Origin: an uncultured Actinomycetes bacterium
GTDB taxonomy: Bacteria > Actinomycetota > Acidimicrobiia > IMCC26256 > PALSA-555
Direction of reading: 5' to 3'
Length of the DNA: 64,000 nt
Assembly (NCBI GenBank): GCA_963731625.1
Contig: CAVSWH010000001.1
Location: forward strand, 1,608,570-1,672,569
The position numbers were made by a program, and so were the translations under genes. The notes under the pieces were generated by a model. That model saw only the letters and a list, made by a program, of their open reading frames with translations, made no database searches and was not told where the DNA came from. Of this stretch, positions 13,330 to 22,545 are shown in pieces (position 1 is the stretch's first letter; each line of letters begins with the position of its first letter).

Positions 13330-13895
13330 CGATCGCGGAAGTTCAGGTAGTAGCGGCTCGGTGTGGGCCCGCGCTGGCCCTGGTACTTCGAGCCCGTCTT
13401 CTTGCTCCCATACGGATGGTCCGCCGGCGTCGTCATCGTCAGGAACGAGAGCTGGCCGATCCGCATCCCCGGGTAGATAGCGATCGGCAGCGTGGCGACG
13501 TTCGACAGCTCCAGCGTGAGGTGGCCGTCCCAGCCGGCGTCGACGACGCCGGCTGTGCTGTGGATGAGAAGGCCGAGACGCCCGAGGGAGCTCTTACCTT
13601 CCAAGCGCGCGACGAGGTCGTCGGGCAATGTCACCCGCTCGAGCGTCGAGCCCAGCGCGAACTCGCCCGGATGGAGGATGAACGCCCGCCCGTCGCCGAC
13701 CTCGACGAGCTCAGTGAGGTCCTCCTGGGGCTCCTTCGGGTCGATGAACGGCGTCGTGTCGTTGCGAAACACGCGGAAGTAGCGGTCGACGTGCACGTCG
13801 ACGGACGACGGCTGCACAGCCGACTCGTCGAGCGGTTCGATGACGATCCGGCCCTGCGCGATCGATTCGCGGATCGTCCGGTCGGACAGGATCAC
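13326..13895 (-). CDS. dcd: dCTP deaminase
   Basis: [38 protein letters not shown]; TAGTCT -10 six nt before GTG. Confidence 0.96.
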   Translation of the reverse strand: MILSDRTIRESIAQGRIVIEPLDESAVQPSSVDVHVDRYFRVFRNDTTPFIDPKEPQEDLTELVEVGDGRAFILHPGEFALGSTLERVTLPDDLVARLEGKSSLGRLGLLIHSTAGVVDAGWDGHLTLELSNVATLPIAIYPGMRIGQLSFLTMTTPADHPYGSKKTGSKYQGQRGPTPSRYYLNFRDR

Positions 13896-13988
13896 CGTCG
13901 CAGACTAGGGCGCGGTCGTTCACGACGGCACGTGTCGGCACATCGACCGGCCGGCGCGTGGAAGCGCTTTGCTACCCTCGCTCGCCAC

Positions 13989-14062
13989 GCGGGTGTAGTT
14001 CAGCGGCAGAACATCAGCTTCCCAAGCTGAGAACGCGGGTTCGATTCCCGTCACCCGCTCCA
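13989..14062 (+). tRNA. tRNA-Gly (anticodon CCC), CCA encoded
   Basis: GCGGGTG/CACCCGC acceptor, TCAGC-TTCCCAA-GCTGA anticodon arm, GGTTCGATTCC T-arm, ends TCCA. Confidence 0.98.
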
Positions 14063-14251
14063 TTGCGCCGATCGGCCTGCAGCGGCGCGCCCTTCGTCTG
14101 GCGCGTCGCGCGATCGACGCGTTCCCCGGCTGCGACGACGTTGATCACATCGACTGGACTCTCGGGGCTGAAGATCGCAGGATCGCTTGCTCGGGTCAGG
14201 TCGCCTCTGCGGGGGGCACATACGCTGGACCGAGCTTCCGTGGAGGAACGC

Positions 14252-15109
14252 GTGTTGCGGCTTGCAGCGATCGTCAGCACCCTGGGTCTCGTGGGAGGCG
14301 TTGGATGGCTCCTGGCGGACGCGATGCCCGCCGGAGCGGTCACCCAGTCGTTCACGAGCGCCGGTTGTACGACCTGGACCGTGCCGGCGGGTGTGACGAG
14401 CGTCCAGGTCCAGGCGGTCGGCGCAGCCGGCGGCGCGGGGGCCACCACCGGCGGTACGGGCGACGGTGTGTCGGCAACCGTCTCCGGTTTGACGCCCGGC
14501 CAACTGCTCGACGTGTGCGTCGACTCCGGCGGTGGTCCGTTCAGCGGCTCTAGTGGCAGCGGTGGCGGGGCGTCCGGCGTCAGTGTCGGGTCCACCTTCA
14601 GCGCTCCCATCCTCGTCGCCGGGGCCGGCGGCGGCGGCAGCGGCCCCACCTCGGCTCCCCCTGGCCCAGGTGGGTCCGCCGGGCTCCCGTCCGGCGCTCC
14701 CGGGACGGGTAGCGGTGGTGGAGTTCCAGGTGGGGGCGGGAACAACATGACGATGACTGGCGGGGCGGCCGGACCCATTGGTGGCGGGCCGGGCTTGATG
14801 TTCGACGCAAGTGGGCCCGGTCACGGAGGGGCGGGCGGCAACGGCGGTGGTGGAGGCGGAGCGGGCTACTTCGGAGGAGGCGGCGGCGGCGCGGGACCTG
14901 AAGGGGCTGGAGGAGGAGGCGGCGGCTCAGACTTCTGCACCAACACGGCGACCGTCACGGGATGCAACGTCGCGTCTGGCGCGGGTACAGGTACGAGTGC
15001 CGGCGCCGCCGTCGGGGATGCGCAGGTCGTCCTCACGTACACGGTCACGAGTCCGAGCCCACCAATGCCGGGAGTCGCCGTCGTGGCGTCGCCCCGCTTT
15101 ACCGGTTAA
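14252..15109 (+). CDS. Secreted glycine-rich protein ending in PRFTG-stop
   Basis: RBS GGAGG then GTG 14252; signal peptide ...ADAMPAGA; TTWTVPAGVTSVQVQAVGAAGG glycine-rich domain; Pro-rich linker; C-terminus VVASPRFTG. Confidence 0.85.
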   Translation: MLRLAAIVSTLGLVGGVGWLLADAMPAGAVTQSFTSAGCTTWTVPAGVTSVQVQAVGAAGGAGATTGGTGDGVSATVSGLTPGQLLDVCVDSGGGPFSGSSGSGGGASGVSVGSTFSAPILVAGAGGGGSGPTSAPPGPGGSAGLPSGAPGTGSGGGVPGGGGNNMTMTGGAAGPIGGGPGLMFDASGPGHGGAGGNGGGGGGAGYFGGGGGGAGPEGAGGGGGGSDFCTNTATVTGCNVASGAGTGTSAGAAVGDAQVVLTYTVTSPSPPMPGVAVVASPRFTG

Positions 15110-15198
15110 GCGGAGGGGATGACGGCCGACCTGCATGCCAGAGGTCGCCCGACAGGTCGCATCATCTGCGCGGACACCATGCCTGACCCGCCCGGCGG

Positions 15199-15248
15199 TT
15201 CCCAGCTGAGAACGCGGGTTCGATTCCCGTCACCTGCCCCATTGCGCC
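15199..15248 (+). repeat. Degenerate duplicate of tRNA-Gly 3' half (attR-like)
   Basis: TTCCCAGCTGAGAACGCGGGTTCGATTCCCGTCACCTGCCCCATTGCGCC vs 14019-14069: one A deleted, two substitutions; includes 7 nt of tRNA trailer. Confidence 0.92.
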
Positions 15249-15446
15249 TCGTGGCTCGGAGGTGGCGCGTGTTGAACCTGCCGATCGTCGAGGCTCCGCA
15301 GTGGGCCCTCATCCGCGGCCCAGTCAGTGCGTCGACGGCACGCGCCTGAGCGGGCAACCTGTACGCCTTCGCGATGGCGCGAGCGATGAATCCTGCGGGT
15401 GATCGGCGTCTGAACTGCTGTCGTCGCCACCAGGAAGAGGAAGACA

Positions 15447-16106
15447 ATGGGCAGGCTCGTCGTGACCGAGTTCATGACGCTCGACGGGGTGGCACAGGCG
15501 CCCGGAAGGCCCGACGAGGACGGCGACGACGGGTTTACGCACGGCGGATGGCAGGCGCCAGTCGGGGATCAGGAGTCCGGCAGTGTCATCTTCGAGCAAG
15601 CGAGGAGCATGGACGCCCTGCTGCTCGGCCGGAGGACCTACGAGATCTTCGCCAACTACTGGCCGACAGCTCCGAAAGAGATCCCCTTCACCGGCCTGCT
15701 CAACGACGTCCCCAAGTACGTCGCCAGCCGCACGCTCGCTGAGCCTCTGGCGTGGCAGGGCTCGACCCTCGTCGCCGAGGCCCTCGCCGAGGGCATCACC
15801 TCCCTCAAGGAGCGCCACGATGAAATCCACGTCATTGGCAGTCTCAACCTGGTGCAGTCACTGCTGCGCTTCGGGCTCGTCGATCGCCTGAACCTGTGGC
15901 TGTATCCGCTGCTGCTCGGCAGCGGCAAGCAGGTGTTCGCCGACGGGACCGTGCCCACCGCGCTGCGTCTGACCGAATCGGTCACCTATCCCAGCGGCAC
16001 GCTCCATCTCGCCTACGAGACCGCCGGAGCGCCCACATACGGCAACCTCGCCATCGACGAGCAGGACCGACAACGCCTCGCCGGAGATGACGGAGGAGCG
16101 AGGTGA
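15447..16106 (+). CDS. Dihydrofolate reductase/RibD C-terminal domain family protein
   Basis: MGRLVVTEFMTLDGVAQAPG, LLLGRRTYEIF, PKYVASRTL, IHVIGSLNLVQSL. Confidence 0.9.
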   Translation: MGRLVVTEFMTLDGVAQAPGRPDEDGDDGFTHGGWQAPVGDQESGSVIFEQARSMDALLLGRRTYEIFANYWPTAPKEIPFTGLLNDVPKYVASRTLAEPLAWQGSTLVAEALAEGITSLKERHDEIHVIGSLNLVQSLLRFGLVDRLNLWLYPLLLGSGKQVFADGTVPTALRLTESVTYPSGTLHLAYETAGAPTYGNLAIDEQDRQRLAGDDGGAR

Positions 16107-16123
16107 CGCGGCGGCGCGAGTGC

Positions 16124-17281
16124 CTAGCAGTCCGCGGTGAGCACGAGCGCCGACCCGTCCATCAGCGCGCCCGACGTCACGGCGCACACGTCGTGGCGGG
16201 GCGCCTGCCGGACTCCGCCGCGGCCTTGGACCTGCAAGGCGGCCTCGGCCACGGTGTTCATCCCGTGCAGGTAGCCCTCGGCGAGGAGCCCACCGTGGGT
16301 GTTGACGGGGAGCGACCCGCCAGGCGCGGTGGTCCCCGCACGTACCACGGCGCCCGATTCGCCACGCGGCGCGATCCCGAGTCCCTCGAGACCCATCAGG
16401 AGGGTGCTCGTGAAGCAGTCGTAGATCTCCGCGACCTCGACGTCGGCCGGGGTCACACCGGCGCGCCCGAACAGCTCGTCGCGCAGATGCGTCGTGTAAT
16501 TGCGGGTGTAGTCGCGCCAGAGGAGGTGATCGCCGATGTCGAGCCCGGACCGGGGCCCGGCCCGGTAGGCCGACGACGCGATCCGCGCCGGCGGGTGCCG
16601 GAGGTCGCGGGCCCGCTCGAGGCTCGTGACGAGCACGGCGCAGGCACCGTCGACCTCGCTCGTGCAGTCGGGCGCGCGGAACGGCTCGACGACGAACGGT
16701 GCCGCGAGGTACTCCTCGAGCGTGAGGGGCTCGCGCCGGATCGCGCGGGGGTTGTCGCGTGCCCAGGCGCGCTGCGCGACCGCGACGGCGCCGAGGTCCT
16801 CTTCGCTCTGACCGGTCTCCAGCAGGAACCGGCGCGCCCACATCGCGACGTACATGAGGTACGCGTCGTAGCCGATCGGGTAGCGGTACTGCGCACCCGG
16901 CCCAGGGAAGGCCATCTGCCCGACGCGCGCGCCCGACCGGCCGTTCAGCGCGCGGAACACGAGGACGGCGTCGGCGCGGCCGGACGTGACGGCGTCGGCG
17001 GCGAGGCCGACGAGGTAGCACGGCGCCTGGCCGCCGAGCTGCGCGTCCACGGCGAAGCGCAGCCCGGGCAGCGCGAGACCCGTGGCGACCGCCTGCGCAG
17101 GGACGGAGTCGTGCAGGAGCATGAAGCTCGCGATCCCGTCGACCTGCTGCGCCGCGAGGCCGGCGTCGTCGAGCGCGGCGCGGCAGGCCGCGAGCGCCTG
17201 GTCGAGCACGCTGCGGTCGGCGCGGCGCGTGAGCGGCGTGTAGCCGACGCCCGCGATCGCCGCGCCGGTGGATGCCGTCAC
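16124..17281 (-). CDS. Thiolase-superfamily protein, Ltp2/aldolase-type
   Basis: C-terminal part of track ORF 16124..17677; start GTG 17281 (MTASTGAAIAGVGYT); GGQAPC, EIYDCFT, NTHGGLLAEGYLHG. Confidence 0.88.
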   Translation of the reverse strand: MTASTGAAIAGVGYTPLTRRADRSVLDQALAACRAALDDAGLAAQQVDGIASFMLLHDSVPAQAVATGLALPGLRFAVDAQLGGQAPCYLVGLAADAVTSGRADAVLVFRALNGRSGARVGQMAFPGPGAQYRYPIGYDAYLMYVAMWARRFLLETGQSEEDLGAVAVAQRAWARDNPRAIRREPLTLEEYLAAPFVVEPFRAPDCTSEVDGACAVLVTSLERARDLRHPPARIASSAYRAGPRSGLDIGDHLLWRDYTRNYTTHLRDELFGRAGVTPADVEVAEIYDCFTSTLLMGLEGLGIAPRGESGAVVRAGTTAPGGSLPVNTHGGLLAEGYLHGMNTVAEAALQVQGRGGVRQAPRHDVCAVTSGALMDGSALVLTADC

Positions 17282-17677
17282 GTGGCCCGGAACCGCAGCT
17301 CGGTCCAGTCGCCGTGGTCCAGGTAGACGCCCTCGACCGGCTGCTCGGCTTCGACCACGGCGTCGCCCTCGAGGCGGCCCACGACGCGGCAGCCCGCGTC
17401 GAGCTCGACGACGGCCACGGTGTAAGGGACCTGGTCGGCGACGCGGTCGACGAGCGCCCGGTGCACGACGATCCAGGAGTACACGCGGCCGCGGGCGGCC
17501 ACCACGACGACGGTGCCGCCGGGCAGCGCCGCACCCTGGGCACGCGGGGAGGGGCGGGAACCGGTGCTCGCCGCACGCAGGGCAGCGCTGGACGAGGAGC
17601 TGGTGGTTCGCCAGGCCGTCCCAGTAGAAGCGGCTGTCCAGGTCGGTCTCGGGGCCCAACGGCGCTACCGCGCTCAT
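17278..17677 (-). CDS. DUF35 Zn-ribbon/OB-fold partner of thiolase, split by +1 indel at 17521-17523
   Basis: FYWDGLANHQLLVQRCPACGEHRFPPLPACPGCG in one frame; GRVYSWIVVHRA...PYTVAVVELDAG in ORF 17278..17505. Confidence 0.88.
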
Positions 17678-18489
17678 CGGCCCTCGAAGCGGGGCGTCCG
17701 CTTCTCAGCGAAGGCGAGCAGGCCCTCACGCGCGTCGTACGAGGTGAGGCAGTACTCGGCGTTGCGCTCGTTCTCGTACTCCAGGCCGTCGTCCACGCCG
17801 CCGTTGCGGGACCACAACGTGCCGAGCACCTCCTTCGCGTTGGCGACGGCGAGGGCGCTCTTGGTCGCGATGGCGCGCGCGAGGTCGAGCCCGGCGGCGA
17901 GCAGCTCGTCGTCTGCGACGACGCGCGTCGCGAGGCCCCACGCGACGGCGTCGTCGGCGTCGAGGAAGCGACCCGTGAAGAGGAGCTCGTTGGCCCTGGC
18001 CCGGCCGATGGCTCTGGGGAGCAGGGTGAGCACACCACCGCCCCCCATCTGCCCGTAGTTGAGGTGCGCGTCGCCGATCCGCGCCGATCGGGCGATGAGC
18101 GCGAAGTCGCAGTTCAGCACCAGCTCGAGCCCGCCCGCCGCGGTGACGCCGTTGATCAGCGCGATCGCGGGCGCCGCGACGCGTCGGAGGCGCCCGAACG
18201 TGCGGTGCAGATCGGCGACGAACTGCGGGAACGCGTCGGCGTCGCGCTGCAGGGTGAGGTAGCTCTGGAGGTCACCCCCGCTGCTGAAGGCGCGCCCGGC
18301 GCCGGTGATCAGCAAGACGCGCACCGCCGAGTCGTCCTCGGCCTCGGTGATCGCCGCGTCCAGCGCCCGTACGGTGTCCCAGTCGATGGCGTTGAGGGCG
18401 GCGGGGCGGTTCAGCCGCAGCACCGCCGCGGTCGCGCCGGCGCCGAGGTCGTGGCGCTCGACGAGGACGGCGGCCGCGGGGTCGGTCAC
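17674..18489 (-). CDS. Enoyl-CoA hydratase/isomerase (crotonase) family protein
   Basis: LRLNRPAALNAI, GAGRAFSSGGDL, AAGGLELVLNCD; GTG 18489 overlaps ligase stop. Confidence 0.92.
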   Translation of the reverse strand: MTDPAAAVLVERHDLGAGATAAVLRLNRPAALNAIDWDTVRALDAAITEAEDDSAVRVLLITGAGRAFSSGGDLQSYLTLQRDADAFPQFVADLHRTFGRLRRVAAPAIALINGVTAAGGLELVLNCDFALIARSARIGDAHLNYGQMGGGGVLTLLPRAIGRARANELLFTGRFLDADDAVAWGLATRVVADDELLAAGLDLARAIATKSALAVANAKEVLGTLWSRNGGVDDGLEYENERNAEYCLTSYDAREGLLAFAEKRTPRFEGR

Positions 18490-20222
18490 GGCTGGGCGCC
18501 GACGGCGGGCTGGCCGGTGAGCACCCGCACGATCTCGTGCTTCTGCACCTTCCCGGACGCGGTCGTCGGCAGCGCGTCGAGGAGCTCGAGGGACTCGGGC
18601 AGCTTGTAGGTGGCCAGCCCGGTGGCGCGGAGACGCGTCACCAGCTCCTCGAACGTGAGCGCCGCGCCGGCGCGCAGCACCACGCACGCGCAGGTCCGCT
18701 CGCCGAGCCGCGGGTCGGGGAGCCCGACGACGGCCGCACGCTCGACCTCGGGCCACCCCACGAGCAGCTCCTCGATCTCGCGGGGCGCGATGTTCACACC
18801 ACCCCGGATGATGATCTCCTTCTTGCGCCCGCGCACGGTCAGGGCGTCGGCGGCGTCGACGGCGGCGAGGTCGCCGCTGCGCACCCAGCCGTCCCTGTCG
18901 AAGGTGGCGGCGGTCCGCTCGGGGTCCTGGAAGAACCCGACGCAGGTGTTCGGCCCGCGCACGTAGATCTCGCCGGGCTCCCCCGCGGGGACGGGCCGCC
19001 CCGCGTCGTCGCGAAGCTCGACCTCGACGTCGGTCATCGCGATGCCGTCGGTGTGCGCCCGCTGGTCCGGCGAGCTGCCGGGCCGGTTCCAGGTCGCCAC
19101 CAGCACCTCGGTGGACCCGTACAGGCGCAGCACGTCGACGCCGACGTCGCCGGCGGCGCGCACCAGCTCGGGGGGCACCGGCGCGCCGCCGCACCCGAAG
19201 CAGCGCAGCTCGGGGAGGCGCGCGCCGCACCGGAGCGCCTCCTCGACGAGGTCCTGGAGGAAGGTCGTCGCGGCCAGCGTGTAGGTCGCGTGGTAGTCGC
19301 GGGCGAGGCGCACGGCCGTGGCGGCGTCCCAGCGGTCTTGCAGCACGAGGGGCAGCCCGTGGTACAGCGCGAAGCGCAGCCCGTAGTTGAAGCCGGTCGA
19401 GTGGCCGACGGGCGAGGGCATCCACACGACGTCGGCTGCGCTGAGCCCAAGGTCGGCGTGGGCGACCCGCACGCTGAAGTTGGCGGTCTGCTCGGTGTGC
19501 ATGATCGCCTTCGGGCTGGCCTCGGTTCCCGAGGTGAAGATCAGCTCGGACACCGCGGCCGCGGGCGCGGCCGCGCCGAGCGGCGTCTCGGGGCCGTCGA
19601 GCAGGTCGTCGAGGGTGATGCCCGAGCCCGCCCGGTCGGCGCGGACCCGCACGTGGAGCGGCGCGACGCCCGTGCCGGCCGCGACCTCGTCGATGAGCGA
19701 GACGTGGTCGAAGTCGCGGTACTCGACGGGCGTGATGATCGCCGCGGGCGCCGCGGTCGTGAAGACGTGGGTCAGCTCGCGACGCCGGTAGTTCGGCAAG
19801 AGCGGGTTGATGACGGCGCCCGCGCCCTGCACGGCGAGGGCGACGACGACCGTCTCATACCAGTTCGGCAGCTGGATCGACACGACGTCGCCCGGGGCGA
19901 CGCCGCGCGCCCCGAGCCCCGCCCCGACCCGCCCGGCGTCGCGGGCGAGCTCCCGGTAGGTGTGGATCCGGCCGCCGTCCTCGATGACCGCGGCGGCGTC
20001 GGGGCGGTCCGTGGCGTGCGCCGCGACCCGGTCGACGAGCGTCGCGTCGTCCCAGAGACCTCGTCGGAGGTAGCCGTCGCGGCGCGCCGGCGTCGTGACG
20101 ACGTCGTGGAGGGCGTCGCGTCGCACGGCTAGCGCGGCGCCGCGGTCGTCTCGGTGGGCGGCATCTGGGAACCCGATCGTCGCTGGCCGGCCATCATCCT
20201 CGCCGCCGACCAAGGCGGTCAA
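18486..20222 (-). CDS. AMP-dependent acyl-CoA synthetase (cyclohexanecarboxylate-CoA ligase-like)
   Basis: IFTSGTEASPK, YGSTE, GWVRSGDL, GRKKEIIIRGG, SGKVQK; start may be GTG 20126. Confidence 0.92.
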   Translation of the reverse strand: MTALVGGEDDGRPATIGFPDAAHRDDRGAALAVRRDALHDVVTTPARRDGYLRRGLWDDATLVDRVAAHATDRPDAAAVIEDGGRIHTYRELARDAGRVGAGLGARGVAPGDVVSIQLPNWYETVVVALAVQGAGAVINPLLPNYRRRELTHVFTTAAPAAIITPVEYRDFDHVSLIDEVAAGTGVAPLHVRVRADRAGSGITLDDLLDGPETPLGAAAPAAAVSELIFTSGTEASPKAIMHTEQTANFSVRVAHADLGLSAADVVWMPSPVGHSTGFNYGLRFALYHGLPLVLQDRWDAATAVRLARDYHATYTLAATTFLQDLVEEALRCGARLPELRCFGCGGAPVPPELVRAAGDVGVDVLRLYGSTEVLVATWNRPGSSPDQRAHTDGIAMTDVEVELRDDAGRPVPAGEPGEIYVRGPNTCVGFFQDPERTAATFDRDGWVRSGDLAAVDAADALTVRGRKKEIIIRGGVNIAPREIEELLVGWPEVERAAVVGLPDPRLGERTCACVVLRAGAALTFEELVTRLRATGLATYKLPESLELLDALPTTASGKVQKHEIVRVLTGQPAVGAQP

Positions 20223-20231
20223 CGCGGTGAC

Positions 20232-20507
20232 TCAGCGCGTGAGCGAGGCGAGGCCGGCGATCGCGACCGCCAGGCCGAGCACCATGAACAGCACCGAGCG
20301 GAGCACCGGCGCCTGCGCCAGGTTGCCGGTCGTGGCGACGCGGACCTGCTTGCGCACCGGGCTGCCCGGGCGGGACCGCGTGGCGGACTCCCGGGCGGCG
20401 GCCTGGGCATCGGCGCGGCGGCGGAGCAGCGCGTACCCGTTGGCGACGAAGAGCGCCGCGCCGAGCGCGGTCGTCAGCTCGAGCAGCACCTCGCCGTAGA
20501 AGTCCAC
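20232..20507 (-). CDS. Small two-TM membrane protein, unknown function
   Basis: 91 aa with two hydrophobic segments; fills the gap between neighbours. Confidence 0.7.
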   Translation of the reverse strand: MDFYGEVLLELTTALGAALFVANGYALLRRRADAQAAARESATRSRPGSPVRKQVRVATTGNLAQAPVLRSVLFMVLGLAVAIAGLASLTR

Positions 20508-20550
20508 GACGGCACGGTAGCGCCGGGGTTGGTCTCGTCCCGAGGCCTGC

Positions 20551-21069
20551 TCAGAGGCGCGGGCCGCCCGGCTTGAAGACCATGAAGACGAGCAGCACGA
20601 CGAGCGTGACGTCGAGGATCGCCTCGCAGATGGCGACCTGCTTGGTGAGCCGGTCCATCTCGGCGGCCTGGCTCGGCGGGGCGGCCCCGCCCGCCGGCAC
20701 CTCGGCCAGCTCGTCGAGCAGCGCGTTCATGCGCTTCACCCGCGGCATGAGCAGGCCGTGCGACACGCCGAGCGCGGCGACGAAGAGCACGATCGAGAGC
20801 CAGATCCAGGTCTGGCCGAAGTCGAAGAGGTTGTTGCCGAGCCCGACGAGCGCCAGGCCGAGGACGAACACGGCGTAGATGAAGTACTCGGCGACCTTCG
20901 TCACCCGGAACATCGCGTGGGCGATCGCCGCGGCCTCACGACCGCCGCGGGCCTTGGCCTGCGCCCCGTACAGCCCGTTGAAGATGACCCCGCCGAACCC
21001 GATGATGGCGCACAGGATGTGCAGCACCTTCACGATGTTGTACAGATCGCTGTTGTAGGCCGCCAGCAT
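20551..21069 (-). CDS. DUF2269-like integral membrane protein
   Basis: VKVLHILCAIIGFG, four TM helices, C-terminal LMVFKPG. Confidence 0.8.
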   Translation of the reverse strand: MLAAYNSDLYNIVKVLHILCAIIGFGGVIFNGLYGAQAKARGGREAAAIAHAMFRVTKVAEYFIYAVFVLGLALVGLGNNLFDFGQTWIWLSIVLFVAALGVSHGLLMPRVKRMNALLDELAEVPAGGAAPPSQAAEMDRLTKQVAICEAILDVTLVVLLVFMVFKPGGPRL

Positions 21070-21140
21070 CCGCCACCCCCATGATCGAGCCGGCGCATCG
21101 TAGAGCGACCGCCGCGGCCACGCGTGCTACGAACGCGGCC

Positions 21141-21800
21141 GTGCGGCTCGTCGTGGCCCGGTGCTCCGTCGTGTACACCGGCCGGCTCGGCGCCCGCCTG
21201 CCCGAGGCTCGGCGCCTCATCATGCTGAAGGACGACGGGTCGCTCGCGATCCACGCCGACGCGAAGGCCTACAAGCCGCTGAACTGGATGAGCCCGCCGT
21301 GCTCGATCATCGAGGGCGACGGCACGATCGTCGCCACGAACCCGGCGGGCGAGCGCCTGGCCGTGGCGCTGCACGAGGTCCTCTTCGATTCCTCCTTCGA
21401 GCTCGGCGAGGACCCCGGGCTCGCGAAGGACGGCGTCGAGGCGGAGCTCCAGGTGCTGCTCGCGGCACAGGTCCAGATCCTCGGCACGGACTGGCGCCTG
21501 GTCCGGCGCGAGTACCCGACCGACGTCGGCCCCGTCGACCTGCTCTGCCGCGACGCTGACGGACGCGCCGTCGCCGTCGAGGTCAAGCGCGTCGGGGAGA
21601 TCGCGGGCGTCGAGCAGCTGCTCCGCTACCAGGAGCGGCTCGACCGCGACGGCTCGCTCGCACCGATCCGGGCGATGCTCGTCGCGACCCGCGTGAAGCC
21701 CCAGGCCCGCGTGTTCGCCGAGAGCCGAGGCGTCGAGTGCCGCGAGGTGGATCTCGAGGCCTTGCGCGCGGATGCCCCGCCCGACCTGCGCCTCTTCTGA
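21141..21800 (+). CDS. nucS: Mismatch endonuclease NucS/EndoMS
   Basis: MRLVVARCSVVYTGRL, KAYKPLNWMSPP, REYPTDVGPVDL, VAVEVKR. Confidence 0.95.
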   Translation: MRLVVARCSVVYTGRLGARLPEARRLIMLKDDGSLAIHADAKAYKPLNWMSPPCSIIEGDGTIVATNPAGERLAVALHEVLFDSSFELGEDPGLAKDGVEAELQVLLAAQVQILGTDWRLVRREYPTDVGPVDLLCRDADGRAVAVEVKRVGEIAGVEQLLRYQERLDRDGSLAPIRAMLVATRVKPQARVFAESRGVECREVDLEALRADAPPDLRLF

Positions 21801-21962
21801 CCGAGGCGCGGCCTCACTGGTGGCTGACCGGCCCATCATCGGCCGCTCACCCGGGCACACGACCCTCAGGCGCGGTGGTCACCGGCCGGGCCCGGTGGCG
21901 TACCGTAGGGCGTGCCCGGGCCCTGACCCGGCGCCGCACGGTCAGCCAGAGAGGACCTCCAC

Positions 21963-22160
21963 ATGACTCCGATCCTTGGCGAGATCATCGGTTGGGAGGC
22001 GCTCCTCGTGCTCGGCCTCATCGCGCTGCTCTTCGGCAGCTCCCAGCTCCCGAAGCTGGCCCGCTCGATCGGCCAGGCGAGCAAGGAGCTCAAGCGCGGG
22101 CTGCACGACGAGCCCGAGGAGACCGACGCGAAGGAAGACACGAAGGAAAAGGACGCCTGA
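21963..22160 (+). CDS. tatA: Twin-arginine translocase TatA/E
   Basis: LLFGSSQLPKLARSIGQASKELKRG. Confidence 0.93.
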   Translation: MTPILGEIIGWEALLVLGLIALLFGSSQLPKLARSIGQASKELKRGLHDEPEETDAKEDTKEKDA

Positions 22161-22185
22161 CCCGAGTGCGGGTCACGGCTCGACC

Positions 22186-22425
22186 ATGACGGGCCTCTTC
22201 TCGCCCGTCCACATCCTCATCGTCCTCACGGTCGCACTGATCGTGCTGGGCCCCCAGGAGCTGCCGAAGGTCGCGCGCTCCACCGGCAAGGTGCTGCGGG
22301 AGCTGCGCGCCCTGCGCGCCCGACTGGACGAGGAGATCCAGCAGCTCATGGACGACGACGAGCCGGATCCGGCGCGGCCCGACCAGCCGGCCCCCGGATC
22401 CGAGGATGGCGACGCACCGGCCTGA
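22186..22425 (+). CDS. tatB: Twin-arginine translocase TatB-like
   Basis: ATG 22186; LIVLGPQELPKVARSTGKVLRELR. Confidence 0.8.
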   Translation: MTGLFSPVHILIVLTVALIVLGPQELPKVARSTGKVLRELRALRARLDEEIQQLMDDDEPDPARPDQPAPGSEDGDAPA

Positions 22426-22545
22426 GCGCCCAGCGGTGTCGCGTTCGCCGCGGGGCATCGGCGAACGGTTCGATACCGTGCAGAGATCCGACCGGGCGGC
22501 GGACCTCCCGCGTTCGGCCAGGGTGAGGGTCATGCGGGACACGAG

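Larger units (their letters stand above)
14063..15248. mobile_element. Single-gene islet integrated at tRNA-Gly, no integrase
   Basis: Bounded by the tRNA 3' half (14019-14069) and its degenerate direct copy (15199-15248). Confidence 0.7.

Noticed and set aside
14252-15109. PE_PGRS / type VII substrate call for the glycine-rich proteins
   Set aside because: No PE domain or YxxxD/E motif; both carry classical Sec-type signal peptides.
15199-15248. Second functional tRNA-Gly
   Set aside because: Lacks the 5' acceptor strand and D-arm, and has a deleted anticodon-loop base.
15249-15446. Transposase or integrase remnant right of the tRNA-Gly repeat
   Set aside because: Short ORFs in both directions show no recognisable catalytic motif; cannot be supported without a search.
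16124-17677. Natural DUF35-thiolase fusion (517-aa track ORF)
   Set aside because: The join is produced by a +1 indel; the OB-fold half is in another frame with its own stop overlapping the thiolase GTG.
21801-21962. Riboswitch upstream of tatA
   Set aside because: GC-rich and foldable, but no conserved aptamer motif that I can recognise.
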